Shown: positions 12,935 through 25,110 of the stretch, in pieces | How the letters are laid out: each line of letters starts with the position of its first letter | How positions within the stretch are numbered: the stretch's first letter is position 1 | DNA from: Octopus sinensis | Taxonomy: Eukaryota | NCBI RefSeq assembly: GCF_006345805.1 | Contig: NC_043011.1 | Coordinates: 39,630,464 to 39,694,463, forward strand | DNA length: 64,000 nt | Direction of reading: 5' to 3' | Translations under genes and position numbers: made by a program | The notes under the pieces: generated by a model | What the model saw: only the letters and a program-made list of their open reading frames with translations | The model's database searches: none | Told to the model about the DNA's origin: nothing

Positions 12935-14376
12935 GCAAATTTTTGTTTTTAACTTTTTTTTCAAATTTTCGTCTCTAATTACACATTGTAAAAAATTATT
13001 TTCCAGCATTTCCTTTTTAACATTTTCCCGCCAATCTCCATCACGCCCATCTTTCGGAATATCCACATCCGGTGAACACCAATCTTCCGGAAGTTTACCA
13101 ATTCGTTTGTTTTCTTGTGCATGCGTGGATGCATGGTGAACAACGAGCAGACGACACAAGGGAGGGAGGCTGTAAATATGGACGCTCTAAAAGCTAGAAG
13201 AAGCAGCCAAACCTCACTCAAACTATGTACTTCAAACGTTTTGTTTCTTCATAACTGTCAGAAAATGTGTAGTGTTAATAAAATTTTCAACTAAAATCTT
13301 ACAGAAGGTGTAGATTACGATTATACTGGAATTAAATGTATAAAAATGAAAATGGTGGGCGGGCACACATACATACTGACAAGACAAACATCTCATATAT
13401 ATCTATGAAGTGAAACATTATTTTTTTTTCTTTTCACATTAAATTTCATTGTTATCGGAATATAAGTACCACCTGGAAGGTATTTGTAGAAAAATTACAA
13501 AAAAAAATATCTATTTTTTCTGAAAGTTCTGAGGAAACAAATATGGTAGGGGCAAAAATTGAGTATGTATGCCGGATAGTATAGGTCAACATAGCCGAAA
13601 AAAGTCTGTAGCAAGCATGTTCGCTCTTTACCTTTAAGTACCCACATTTTGGTTCATCACCATTGCTTTCTACTAAGTGGTCAACACGACCATACCCGTT
13701 CGTGTCGACTGGATGCTTTAAGTCATTCAAGCAGACCACTTGCCCGGCAAGAAAATTGTGCTCTGTCTGATCCTACCCTTGGCTATTTAAGTCTACCTTT
13801 CCCCGCTATTATCTTCAGTGAGGTGGGTTGTACGATGGACTTCGGATCTTCGGCATGAGAGCAGTTTTATTCTGCTATCTATGACGAGTGAGCAGAGAAT
13901 TGTCAAGAGAAATTCTTGTCGCCATGTTTGGTGGTTTTTCCACGTACATCTTCAAGAAAAACGTGGAACCTCTGTATTTTAACTAAAAGAATTATTCATG
14001 TATACCAGTTGTCGTATTTTCTATTAGCGGCGAAATAAATGTGGCAGTCAACTTCAACTTGCCTTCGTATTTCTAGACGGTTTTTATCATGATTCTTATT
14101 AAACCAGAAGATCATAATATTACCAGGGCTTTAACCACAAACACTACTTCCACCTCGCTAAAAATTGGAGAATAGAATAGGGTCACGTATGTATGATTAA
14201 ATGCCGTTGGTAAGGGAGGCTTTTCATAGACAATGAAAAACTACAAGTGGTAGAGAAGAGGTGATAGAGGACAAAAACGTTTTAATCTTTTACAACAAAG
14301 ATTTCTGTTTTGGTTTTACAACTTTCATGAATATTGATTTCAAGTTTTAGCACAATTTCAGGGAAAGGGGTATGTC

Positions 14377-14488
14377 GGGCGGAGGTAAAGAAAATGCACA
14401 CCACCCGTTTTCGGCGTAACCCTAACCCTTACCCTAAACCCTAACTCTAACCCTAAACACCGGGTATGCGTATTCTTTGCCTTCGCCC
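14377..14488. mobile_element. 112-bp MITE with an internal telomere-like (TAACCC)n tract, inserted in a SINE
   Basis: TIRs gggcggaggtaaagaaaatgcacacc / ggtatgcgtattctttgccttcgccc. Flanks ggtatgtc and ggtaagtc form an 8-bp TSD with one mismatch. Confidence 0.75.
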
Positions 14489-15188
14489 GGTAAGTCGATT
14501 ACATCGACTCCGGTGCTCAAACTGGAATTTATTCTATCGACCTCGAAAGGATGAAAACCAAAGTCGACCTTGGTGGTATTTCAACTCAGAACGTAAAGAC
14601 GGACGAAATGCCGCCAAGTATTTTGTCCGGTGTATTAATAACGACTCTGCCAGCTCGCCTCAGACTGTTTAGATGAATATTAATAAAGATTAACATTAGA
14701 GGAAGTCTGAAGAAAAATCACTAATTCGAAAGTACTTACAACAATGAACTCAATGAGTTATAGAAATACATCAGCAACAAGAATCAATCTGGGTTACGTG
14801 CCATGTATAGGGTAATTCTACACCCTTTCCATTCCTCTCTATCTATCTATCTATTTCCCTCATTAGACAATTTGGATCTTTTCGAAAAGATCCGACAATT
14901 TCTAAAAAGATAAAAATCGTTTTAAAGGGACTATTTCAGTGGGGTAATTAATACGACAGTTTGTCAACCTGCTTTTTCAGTCGGCACAAGTCCATCTAGT
15001 TGGTAGAAGAACTTGCCCTTCCTATGAGAAACACTGCATTGGAATATTTTAACATTAGAACAACCACTATCGCACCAGCCCTAATCTTCCTACCAACATG
15101 TCCGGCAAGTTGTTTTGCAATTTCAATTTGATCCTAGTTCACAAAAAAGGAGACATAGGAAATTATAGTTCACGATAGACAAAAGAAA

Positions 15189-15578
15189 TCTATATATATA
15201 AAGCTGAAGTTGTCTGTGTACGGCAGGTTTGGTAGCCTTCAACTAACACTATCTCCTCCGAGACCCTGCGGCGCAAGTTGACCAAAATTGAGAGTATGAT
15301 AGAAGAAGGCTTGCTCTTCCTTCTGTAGAAGAAAAAATTCAAATCGGACCATGTTAACACCAAAAACTATTTACATCAAAGAGGTGCTTTTTTTCTATGA
15401 AAATCCCTATTTTTTAAGATTTTTTGACTGCTGTGACGCCATTTTTCGGTGTATTTCAACCAGAAAAATGTTCAATTAAAGAGAATAACAAGCTACATAA
15501 TGCAAAATTTTTACTTTTCAAAAATTCCAATTCTAAAGGGTCGAAACAAACCCGAGCAACGCCGGGCTATACTGCTAG
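15189..15578 (+). mobile_element. Non-autonomous Helitron
   Basis: A|TC start, subterminal hairpin cccgagcaacgccggg, CTAG|T end, no TSD. Confidence 0.8.
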
Positions 15579-17959
15579 TAAATAAATAAAGATGAAGTCT
15601 CTACAAACCAACACGAAGGCACCGTTTAAACCTTTTTAAGGCCACAACAGAATCTGAATGGAATTTGTAAAATTAAAGTCATAATTTTCAAATTTGATGC
15701 ATCGTCACATATTCTTTATAGACTTTCAACTGGTCCCTACTTCTAACCAAAAAAGTTTCTTACCATTTGGTTCATTTCTTGGTCTTCTAATATGAGCGAA
15801 TGAATGCGCATGGCTCAGTGGTTAGAGCGCCAGGCTCAAAGTCATAAGGTAGTGAGTTTGATTCCCAGACTGAGCTGTGTTTTGTGTTCTTCACACTTTA
15901 TTTCACGTTGCTCCAATTCTCTCAGCTGTAGAAATGAGTTGCAACATCACTGGTGCCAAGCTGTATCGACCTTTGCCTTTAACCTTGGATAACATCGGTG
16001 GTATGGAGAGGGGAGGCTGGTATGCATGGGTGACTGCTGGTCTTCCATAAACAACCTTGCCCGGATTTTTGCCTCGGAAGGGAAAATTCTAGATGCAATC
16101 CCATGGTCATTCGTGACCGAAGAGAGTCCTTACTCTTTATTATGATTCTATTCACGTTTAATCAGAATCAATGTGACACAGTTTGTTGTGACGAGGCTGG
16201 ACGTTTCAATGCAGGTACATTGTAGGCTACGGAAAATGACATTGGCCCAACATGACACGTAGAGGTGTCATCCGTGCTGTGTTGTGTGTTGTACATGCAG
16301 GTCCTTTAAGAGGTAGTTGAGCTACTACACGGGTTTGAGGTTCAAAATGTTAAAGAGAAGGATAGCTGTAAATAGCTGATGGACTCTCAAAACAAAAATT
16401 AAGCTCCGCGTGGGTAAATGTTGGGAAGTACACCCCCACGAGTTTCACTAAGAAAAAAACAAAACTCGGATTTTTTGCGTGGAATCAAGTACCCTGACCT
16501 AACGCGCCGCAAATCCCTTATTTTTGTTCGGGGAAAAAAGGGGGAGGGAAACCGGACCCCCAAACACACACACACATTATCTCGGAATCATCGGAAATTT
16601 GGGGGTGTGTCAAATTTCTGAGGGTTCCACAACACCCCCCACTCTGTTTTCCGAACCAAAAAAAAGAGTTTTGTGATATATTAGGAGATCCCGTAATTCA
16701 TTCTACGAAAAAAAAAATTCCAATGATTCCAGGATGTGGTGGTGGTGAGGGGGGGCGTTCCCTTCCCCCACCAACCACACTTTTTTCCGAACAACAATAA
16801 GGGGTTTCATGTATGAGGACCAATAACACAGGCACTGGTCAAAGCAAGATTAAAATGTTAGCAAAAATGGAAATGATTTAAAAAAAACAAACGACAATTG
16901 AAACACGGACAGTCAGTCTATCGATAATCGTACATGAGAAGTGAAAGTACCTCTTCGGACAATTTCCGTAAATTTTTCTATTTCTTTAAATTTTCCAGCT
17001 GAATCGTTTGTTTAGGTATTTTTTTGTGTATGTATTATGTGTTTAGGCTAATGTTTGCAACTTGGCCCGAAAACGAAAATCATAAAAAATTTCACGAAAA
17101 AGAAAAAACATTTTCCTAACAGTTACAAGGGGAAAAATCGGATCTTGTGAATTTTCCGAAGTCCTCACCTTACCCCCTTGAAAAAGATTTTTCCCACAAA
17201 TTTCTTTATAATCGTAATGTATGCTATTTGAAAGTTGTTTATATCAAATTTCATTGAAAAAAAAAAAAAACAATTTCCCAAATGGTATGAGGGAAAAAAA
17301 CTCGGATCTTGTGAATTTTCCGAGGTCCTCTCCCCACCCTCCTGTTGCTTTACGCGCATTTTTTTATATATTGGTTTCTTACACATTTTTTTACACCCAT
17401 TGCACTATTTTATTTTCTGATTTTCGTTTCCGGGTCAAGTTGTAAACATTAACCTGTGTATATGTAACTACTGTATACGTATGTGTATACACAAACACAT
17501 ATATACATACAGGCACATGAACACATACATATACTTACATACATATATATACATAAACATATAGCGCGGGTGTGGCTGTGTGGTAAAAAGCCCTTCTTTC
17601 CCAACTACATGATTCTGGGTTCAGTCCCACTGCGTGGCACCTTGGCCAACTGTCTTTTACTGTAACGCAAGACCAACCAAACCTTTGTGAGTGGATCTGG
17701 TAGACGGAAACTGAAAGAAGCGCGTCATGTGCGTATGTGTTTGCTCCCCCACCATCGATTGATGTGTTTGTGTCTCTGTAACCTATCAGTCCGACCAAAG
17801 AGACCGATAGAATAAGTACTAGACTTACAAAGAATAAGTCCTGGAGTGTCGATTTCTGCGACTAAAATCAAGGCGGTGCCTCAGCATGGCCGCAGTCAAA
17901 TGAATGAGACACATAAAAACTTAAAGAATACATACATACATGTGTGTGGGTATATGCAG

Positions 17960-18345
17960 GATTGGCAGTGTGGTAAGTAGCTTGCTTACCAACCACATGG
18001 TTTTGGGTTCAGTCCCACTGCGTGGCACCTTGGGCAAGTGTCTTCTACTATAGCCTCGGGCCGACCAAAGCTTTGTGAGTGGATCTGATAGACGGAAACT
18101 GAAAGAAGACCGCCGTATATATATGTGTGTGTGTGTGTCTGTGTTTGTCCCCCCACCCAACATCGCTTGAGAACCGATGCTGGTGTGTTTACGTTCCCGT
18201 AACTTAGCGGTTCGGCAAAAGAGACCGCTAGATTAAGTACTAGGCTTACAAAGAATAAGTCCTGGGATCGATTTGCTCGACTAAAGGCGGTGCTCCAGCA
18301 TGGCCGCAGTCAAATGACTGACATAAGTAAAAGAGTAAAAAGAGA
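17960..18345 (+). mobile_element. tRNA-derived SINE family B, representative copy
   Basis: A-box and B-box-like head (tggcagtgtggtaag...gggttcagtccc) and tail ggcggtgctccagcatggccgcagtc. Other copies at about 17565-17920, 22660-23045(-), 23095-23300(-), 26180-26455, 34260-34470(-), 34650-35055, 39510-39660 and 50235-50420(-). Confidence 0.8.
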
Positions 18346-18551
18346 GTATACATATATATATATACACATACACACATATATATGTATACATACACACACA
18401 CACACACAAACACGTAGATACACGAAAATATATAAACATAAATGATGTAAAAAGTAAAAAAAAAATTGACGGAAATTGTCAAAGAAATACTTTCACTTCT
18501 CATGTTCAGTTATTGAAAGATACCAAAACACGAAAGACATTTGTCACTTAC

Positions 18552-18672
18552 TGGTGTCTAGCAAGTGGTTAGGTACCGGTGGCCGGTCTTCAAGAGATTC
18601 CACTAACTGGAAGGTATCCAAAAAGTTACTTCCATTCTGTCCCGTCGCAGTACAATCCAATTCTGTTGTCAT
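18552..18672 (-). CDS. CFAP221: Probable CFAP221/PCDP1 (ciliary central-pair protein), first coding exon
   Basis: Exon 18717-18552, bounded by tgtcag| and A|gtaagt, with an in-frame stop upstream of the ATG. Encodes MTTELDCTATGQNGSNFLDTFQLVESLEDRPPVPNHLLDT, resembling the CFAP221 N-terminal LVEE...VPNHLLES(K). The nearby X-box supports a ciliary gene. Later exons were not found. Confidence 0.7.
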
Positions 18673-19639
18673 TATTGACGTTATGAAGTTCTAAACTGAC
18701 CAAAGGACGATATTAATCTGACATTTAACGAAAATATATATAAATATATAATTTTTTTTTAAATGATTGCAAAAAAAATTCCACAGTGATGGCTTTCTTT
18801 ATGAAAATTTTTATGTACGTATCCGAGTTTGTGTGTGTATGTGTGTTGTGTGTGTGGTGTGTGCGTGCGTGTATCTTGGTTATTTCTTAGATCTTTAGTT
18901 TATTTTAGCCATGCTGGAAAGATCACTTTCAGTAAGTTTCTGATCAAGATGAACCGTTTCAAATGTAAAAATAAAAAATAACACACACACACACACACAC
19001 ACTCTCTCTCTCTCTCTCTCTTTTCTTAATTCATCGTTTGTTTTGCCGAGTTTTTTTTTTTTTTCTTTTTAATCAAGAAGTGACCACCATTACAAATTCC
19101 GTTAATTGGAAGGATTTTTTTCTCGATACTGTACTGATAAAAAGTTATACTTTTAATTTAATTTGTTTTTTTTTTTTGTTTTTTTTGTTAGTTATAGTCT
19201 TTCGCTTTCAAGCAATGACCATCACAATTTAATAAAATCCATCAACTGAAATTACGTATTTATACAAAGTTGCTATAATTAATCTCTTTCTCCTCTCTCT
19301 ATCTTTCTCTTTTTGAAGTTTCTGTCAACTGGGTCTGTATCTCCATACTAAGATAAAATTTTATAAGTTTACCCTTTCTTTCCTTCCCTGCTTCTTTTTT
19401 TCTTTCTCTTGTTTTTTTTTTTTGTTTTTTTCCAGTCTTAGAAAAGTTCGTTAAAAATTAAGTTTACATCGTCATCTTCATAATCGTTGTTATTGTTGTA
19501 GTCGTCGTTGCTATTATTATCAAAATCATTCACTCGGCTAAATTGCCGGTGAAAACAGCAATAGCGGATGAAAGTGGAAAATATGACAATGTTTTCCAAC
19601 AGAAAATACATTAGAAAGAAAAACAGTATCAACAATAAC

Positions 19640-19890
19640 ATACTGGTCGCTATGGCAACAGGGAATGAAAAGGGGAAACGACCTCTAAATAGGAACTCTT
19701 TTGTGAAATAAGAACAACAAAGAAGGAAAGAAAGAAGCATAAGTAGCAAACCGGATATTATTCTCGACAAAACTTCCGGTTTGATACGTTGTCCGAAAAA
19801 AAAAACCTTGTCACGAACATATGTTTAGAAAGAGAGACAGGGAGATTGACAGAGAAGAAGTGCCGGAAAGACGGATGTATTTATGGTAAA
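19640..19890. promoter_or_regulatory. Putative bidirectional promoter between the CFAP221-like (-) and SEC22-like (+) genes
   Basis: CpG-retaining unique sequence with ETS-type ACTTCCGG (about 19772) and CCGGAA (about 19863). Donor-like sites point outwards on both strands (gtatgt on -, ttatg|gtaaat on + near 19885). Confidence 0.5.
19646..19659. promoter_or_regulatory. RFX X-box motif
   Basis: GTCGCTATGGCAAC (reverse complement GTTGCCATAGCGAC) is close to the GTTRCCATGGYAAC consensus. It lies next to a minus-strand donor CA|gtatgt at 19644/19643, the likely end of non-coding exon 1 of the CFAP221-like gene. Confidence 0.7.
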
Positions 19891-22800
19891 TATTTTTGTT
19901 TATCAACGAGCCATTAGTAAATATAATTACTACAAAGATCAATAATAATATTGAAAGTATTATTATCATATAAATATTTATTGTTGTTCGATGAAACTAG
20001 CGCAAAAACTTATTATTAGTAATGTCAAACAAGCCGGTTATGGTGTGTAAAATTTTATTTATTTATTTATATCAACATCAATGACTATAGTTTATTCCTG
20101 TCATGTAAATTAATAGTATTTTCTGTCATTTTGTTATCACGCTCGTCATCTTTTAACTTTTCCTTTCTGATTTTGATTCCTGCTGTAATACAAATACTTA
20201 TGTAATCGACTGTAATTTTTTTTCCTTCTAGTTTTTTCGTTTTCGCATCCTCAAAATGCACGACCGGCTTGCAATCACAATGTCACAAATGATTAAATTA
20301 GCCTTTTCAGGACTGTTTCTAAGTTCAAATCATTAATCGGGGGAGGGGGTCACTTCACCAATTTTTTATTACCACCTTTTCTTGTGTCGATAAAAGAAAA
20401 ATACCATTTAAAGTAGTCGTATAGCTTTCATCGCCTATATTGAGACATACTTTTCCAAAAACGTGTTGCCTCTGCCGTATCTCTCTTATAGAAATCGTGG
20501 CTTACTTTCCATGATCGAAAATACTTTGTGGTATTTACGTTCTGTTTTCAAATGGTACCTTAGCTGAATCTTACTGTTTATCTCTCTGGAGTCAATAAAA
20601 TGACGTGTTAGTGGTGGGATCAATTTCATCCACTGTCCTTTCTTCCCTCTAAACAACAAATATACATATATATGTATGTGTGTGTGTATTTACATATATA
20701 TATATATATATTATTTATAGGTGTATATATATATATATATACTCACACGTGGCTTTGTGTCTTATTAAGCTATACACACACACACACACTCACGCGCAAT
20801 ATTTTTGTGTGCACAAAAAACAGCGAACATTAACTAAAGGACTCAATACAAGTGTAGAGTATGATATTTCTTATACTTTGACTATGACTTCGAAGTTTCG
20901 CTGAGAGTATAGTTTTTCTTAAATAAATACGATTGATTGCAATTACACCGTGGAAAAAATTAATGATTACTGTGAGAGTGAAATATTATTTAATGAAAAC
21001 TTTCTCATCTCTGATCCTGAAGCTACTATATATGTATGGGAGTGGTATAAAGAAATGGCAAAAGGAATAAACTATTATCTTTTGATCTTCATTATCTTAC
21101 ATCTGTTACCACTCTAGTTGAGTGACTGAGTAACACCTTTCATCGGAGCCCTAAACATTAAGTGTATATGTGTATATATGTATGTTTATAATACCACTCA
21201 TTTTTGCTTGTTATTATCACGTGTTCACACACCTATTATTATTATAATTTTTCTTTAACATAGAATTTGACTCGCTATTTTATCATTCTGTTGTATGATA
21301 TCAATGTTTTCATCTGTTATCTGTAGACCTAGTTTGCTTTTTGCTTTCGTTTTTTTTTCTCTCTTCATCCCTCTGACCTTTGTTGTTCCATTCATACATT
21401 TGTTGCTTAATCTCCAAGTCAGATCAAGCAAGCCTATGATCTAAGCAGCGTAGAGCCTTTTTTCCCCCTTTCCTTTCAAGCTTAAGCTAACCCGAACTAT
21501 ATCGTCCAAGACGGTTATTTAATTAATTATTTATTTATTTAAGAAAACGTACGTTGTGAGTTGAGGATGGTTTGACTGCTATCTCTAGCAGGTTGAGCAG
21601 CCTCTGGCTCAATATAATATTAGTTCATATTCAGTCCCTGAGTGTCCTTGATCGAAGGCATTCCAACTGTGACCATTTATTGTGTGTGTGTGTGTGGTGC
21701 ATTATCCAACGCGTCATTCCCCTTTTCCCTGACGAGCTCGAATTTGGCTGCCATTTCTAGCGGTTCGACCGATCGCGTGCAGGGGCGAAGAACTCCTTGC
21801 ACACATTCAAATTTTAAACCATCCTCTCTGGCGAAATCTCTGAAATAATTATATTTCAAAGCTCAAAAATGATTTAAGACCGAAGCAGTCAGTAAGTAAG
21901 TAATTACGTTTATTACAGCGTGTAAGGGCCATCTTCGCCATCTGAAAACAAACGAAAACCGTTACTTTGTTACTTTTATAAGTGCTAGTGATGAGGTCAC
22001 TGTCTTTTGATGATGAAAATATTAACATCCCGTGGATTAAATGAAAGTTTGTGTGTGTTTAGATAACAAAATTGATTTCTCCTACTATGTAATTGCGTCA
22101 GGTTTTAATACGCGGTCTCAGAGATAGAATCAGTTGCTAAACTAGTTCCAGAAGTAATTAAAAAGTTGCCAACATTATAAATTGGTATGATTATAATTGA
22201 CAGGGGATTAATTTTTCCTCAATACAGAGAGCTACGCTTCCTCTCTACATGTTCTACAGCCGTTGTTATTAGCCCCTGTTACTTTAAAAAAATGCTTTCC
22301 CAGCCCTTTGCAATTAACAACGACGTGTGCGTGTGAACCTTGCTGGTTTAAGTGAAAACAGGAAAGGTAACAGGTTGATGGTTTTCTCCTCCTCCTCCCT
22401 TTCTCACGCTTTGTTTTTCTTTCTCCTTTCTTCCTCAAGTGTCAAAATACGTGTGAAGTTCAAACGCTTACAAGTCACGCCCATCTTCTCCCGTTTTTTC
22501 CGTTAGTGCCCGTCTGTGCATCTTGTTTAACACCTACGTCAGTCAGCCTTGATGTAAGGCATTCCGCTTCTTTGTTTATTGTATGTAGAGAAGGAAAGTG
22601 TCTCTAAGCATTTTGTCTGACGCGCTAACGATCCTGCCATCTCGCCTGCCTACAAATATATACTCTTTTACTTGTTTCAGTCATTTGACTGCGGCCATGC
22701 TGGAGCACCGCCTTTAGTCGAGCAACTCGACCCCGGGACTTATTCTTTTTGTAAGCCCAGTACTTATTCTATCGGTCTCTTTTTACCAAACCGCTAAGTG

Positions 22801-23041
22801 ACGGGGACGTAAACACACCAGCATCGGTTGTCAAGCAATGCTAGGGGAACAAACACACACATATACATATTTATACATATATACGACAGGCTTCTTTCAG
22901 TTTCCGTCTACCAAATCCACTCAGAAGGCTTTGGTTGGCCCGAGGCTATAGTAGAAGACACTTGCCCAAGATGCCACGCAGTGGGACTGAACCCGGAACC
23001 ATGTTCGTAAGCAAGCTACTTACCACACAGCCACTCCTGCG

Positions 23042-23098
<57 letters not shown>

Positions 23099-23334
23099 TT
23101 TTACTTGTTTCAGTCATTTGACTGCGGCCATGCTGGAACACCGCCTTTAGTCGAACAAATCGACTTCAGGACTTATTCTTTGTAAGCCTAGTACTTATTC
23201 TATCGGTCTCTTTTGCCAAAGCACTAGGTTACCGGGACGTAAACACACCAGCATCAGTTGTCAAGCGATGCTGGGGGGGGGGAACAAACATTTACACACA
23301 CATACATACATACATTATTGGCCCAGGCCATGAC

Positions 23335-23630
23335 TAACTCAATAGCATCACCTGGAAAAGTCTTTTAATTAATTATTTCGGGACGCCCTGGACCACTCAA
23401 GAAGAGGGTTGTTGGCTGAGACGTATCCAGGTGTAGGTGGTTTTTGTGGTATTTTCTGGAGGATTTTATCCAGATACCGTTTGAAAGTTGTGGGTTAGGG
23501 TTAGGGTCTTTTCCTACTTTAATTTCTTTCAAGATAACATTGTAAAGAGCAGGACCAGTTGCAGTGAAGAAATTGTGCCACAATGTTCTTATGTGATGTG
23601 ATTTTGATCTTTGCATGGGGGCCTGGTCTT
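23335..23630 (-). mobile_element. CR1-group LINE 3' fragment
   Basis: HNFFTATGPALYNVILKEIK, then after a frameshift FKRYLDKILQKIPQKPPTPGY, a typical ORF2 tail. Confidence 0.65.
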
Positions 23631-24489
23631 GGGTATATATATATATAATCATCATCATCATTTAGCGTCCGCTTTCCATGCTAGCATGGGTTGGACGGTT
23701 CAACTGGGGTCTGTGAAGCCAGAAGGCTGCATCAGGCCCAGTCTGATCTGGCAGTGTTTCTACGGCTGGATGCCCTTCCTAACGCCAACCACTCCGTGAG
23801 TGTAGTGGGTGCTTTTTACGTGCCACCCGCACAGGTGCCAGACGAAGCTGGCAAACGGCTACGAATGGATGGTGCTTTTACGTGCCACTGACACGGGGGC
23901 CAGGCAAGGCTGGCAACGGCCACGAACAGATGGTGCTACGTGCCACCGGCACGGGGGCCAGGCGAGGCTGGCAACGGACTATATATATATATGTGTGTGT
24001 GTGTGGAAAATGAAAGACGCAAGATGGAATATATGAGAATTTGTTATTAATCATGACACTTGCTTTGACACACCTGGCATCAATTCTTCATAGGTGGGAC
24101 ACTCAACAACTGGTTCAGGAGCATGCGGTGGTGCAGATGTATCTCGTCGGGTGATAAATATATATATAACTCGTTACAATACTTTCCCATTTTGTAGAAA
24201 GAAAAGCAGCCAGATGGAGGAAATATTTTCATTTATGTAGAACACCAAAAATAAAATCACAGATGGGAAAGAGAAACAAATAAGCAATCCAGTGAGAAAA
24301 GTATTAAAAACATATATATGTGTATGTGTGTGTATATATATATATGGCGTTAGGAAAGGCATCCAGCTGTAGAAACACTGCCAGATCAGACTGAAGCCTG
24401 GTACAGCCTCCTGGTTTCCCAAACCCCGGTTGAAGCGTCCAACCCATGCTAGCACGGAAAACAGACGTTAAGTGATGATGATATATCTA

Positions 24490-25110
24490 TGTAAATGGAT
24501 GAATGAATTATCCTTTGTTTACCGTTAACATGGAAAATTCAATAAATAGTTACCAGGGTAGCAAAATTCAAGCAAATAACAAGGATGTATCGACCTATTC
24601 AAAGGTAGAAACTCCGGGTTAATGTGCAGTAATTTGTATAGTATAAGTAAATAAATGGAGTTGAACACAGGTGTTATTGAAATTCTTTTTCTTTCGACAT
24701 ATGTTTCGAAGACAACATTGGTTTTATTCCAAAGGAATAAACATTGTAAAATAACGTAATCTTCTCATCAGGAAAGAAAGAGAACTTATCTCAACAACAA
24801 GACATTATAACAATTTTGATGACTGCATAAATGATAAACAGAACGCTATTAAGTATTTTTTAAAAAAACCATTAGTAGATCGGGCAGCTTTTAAGCTAGC
24901 CCCCGTGGAGGGCTCTTCATTGGACCTTGAGCCCAACTATGACACTTCATGTATTGAGTACATATTAAATTTCATTAAACTTGACCAATATTTTTCAAGC
25001 AATGAACAATTTTCATCAAAACAATGATATAATTTGTCCACTTGGGACTTAGGGCAAAACTTTGTGATAAACAGTTTTTTTGTCTTCCCATTCAGGGAAT
25101 CAGTACAATT
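24490..25110 (-). mobile_element. Penelope-like element remnant carrying the hammerhead
   Basis: Contains the hammerhead. Its 3' part (ttcaactccatt...tgctaccctggta...ggataattcattca) recurs at 720-940 and 10483-10730. Upstream KLFITKFCPK loosely resembles a PLE GIY-YIG C-terminus. Confidence 0.5.
24688..24779 (-). ncRNA. Minimal type I hammerhead ribozyme (Penelope-associated type)
   Basis: Minus strand reads TTTCTTTC-CTGATGA-GAAGA...TCTTC-GAAAC-ATAT-GTC-GAAAGAAA. It has the full catalytic core, an 8-bp stem I, stem II closed by GAAGA/TCTTC, a short palindromic stem III (ACATATGT) and a GUC cleavage triplet. Confidence 0.8.

Noticed and set aside
19438-19770. 110-aa hydrophobic minus-strand ORF
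   Set aside because: Non-ATG start, low-complexity T-rich sequence, and it crosses the inferred non-coding exon 1 donor.
21727-21750. CTGACGA-gctc-GAA hammerhead candidate
   Set aside because: No room for stem II, no GAAA and no convincing stems I or III.
23491-23507. Interstitial telomere (TTAGGG)2
   Set aside because: Too short to be meaningful and lies inside a LINE fragment.
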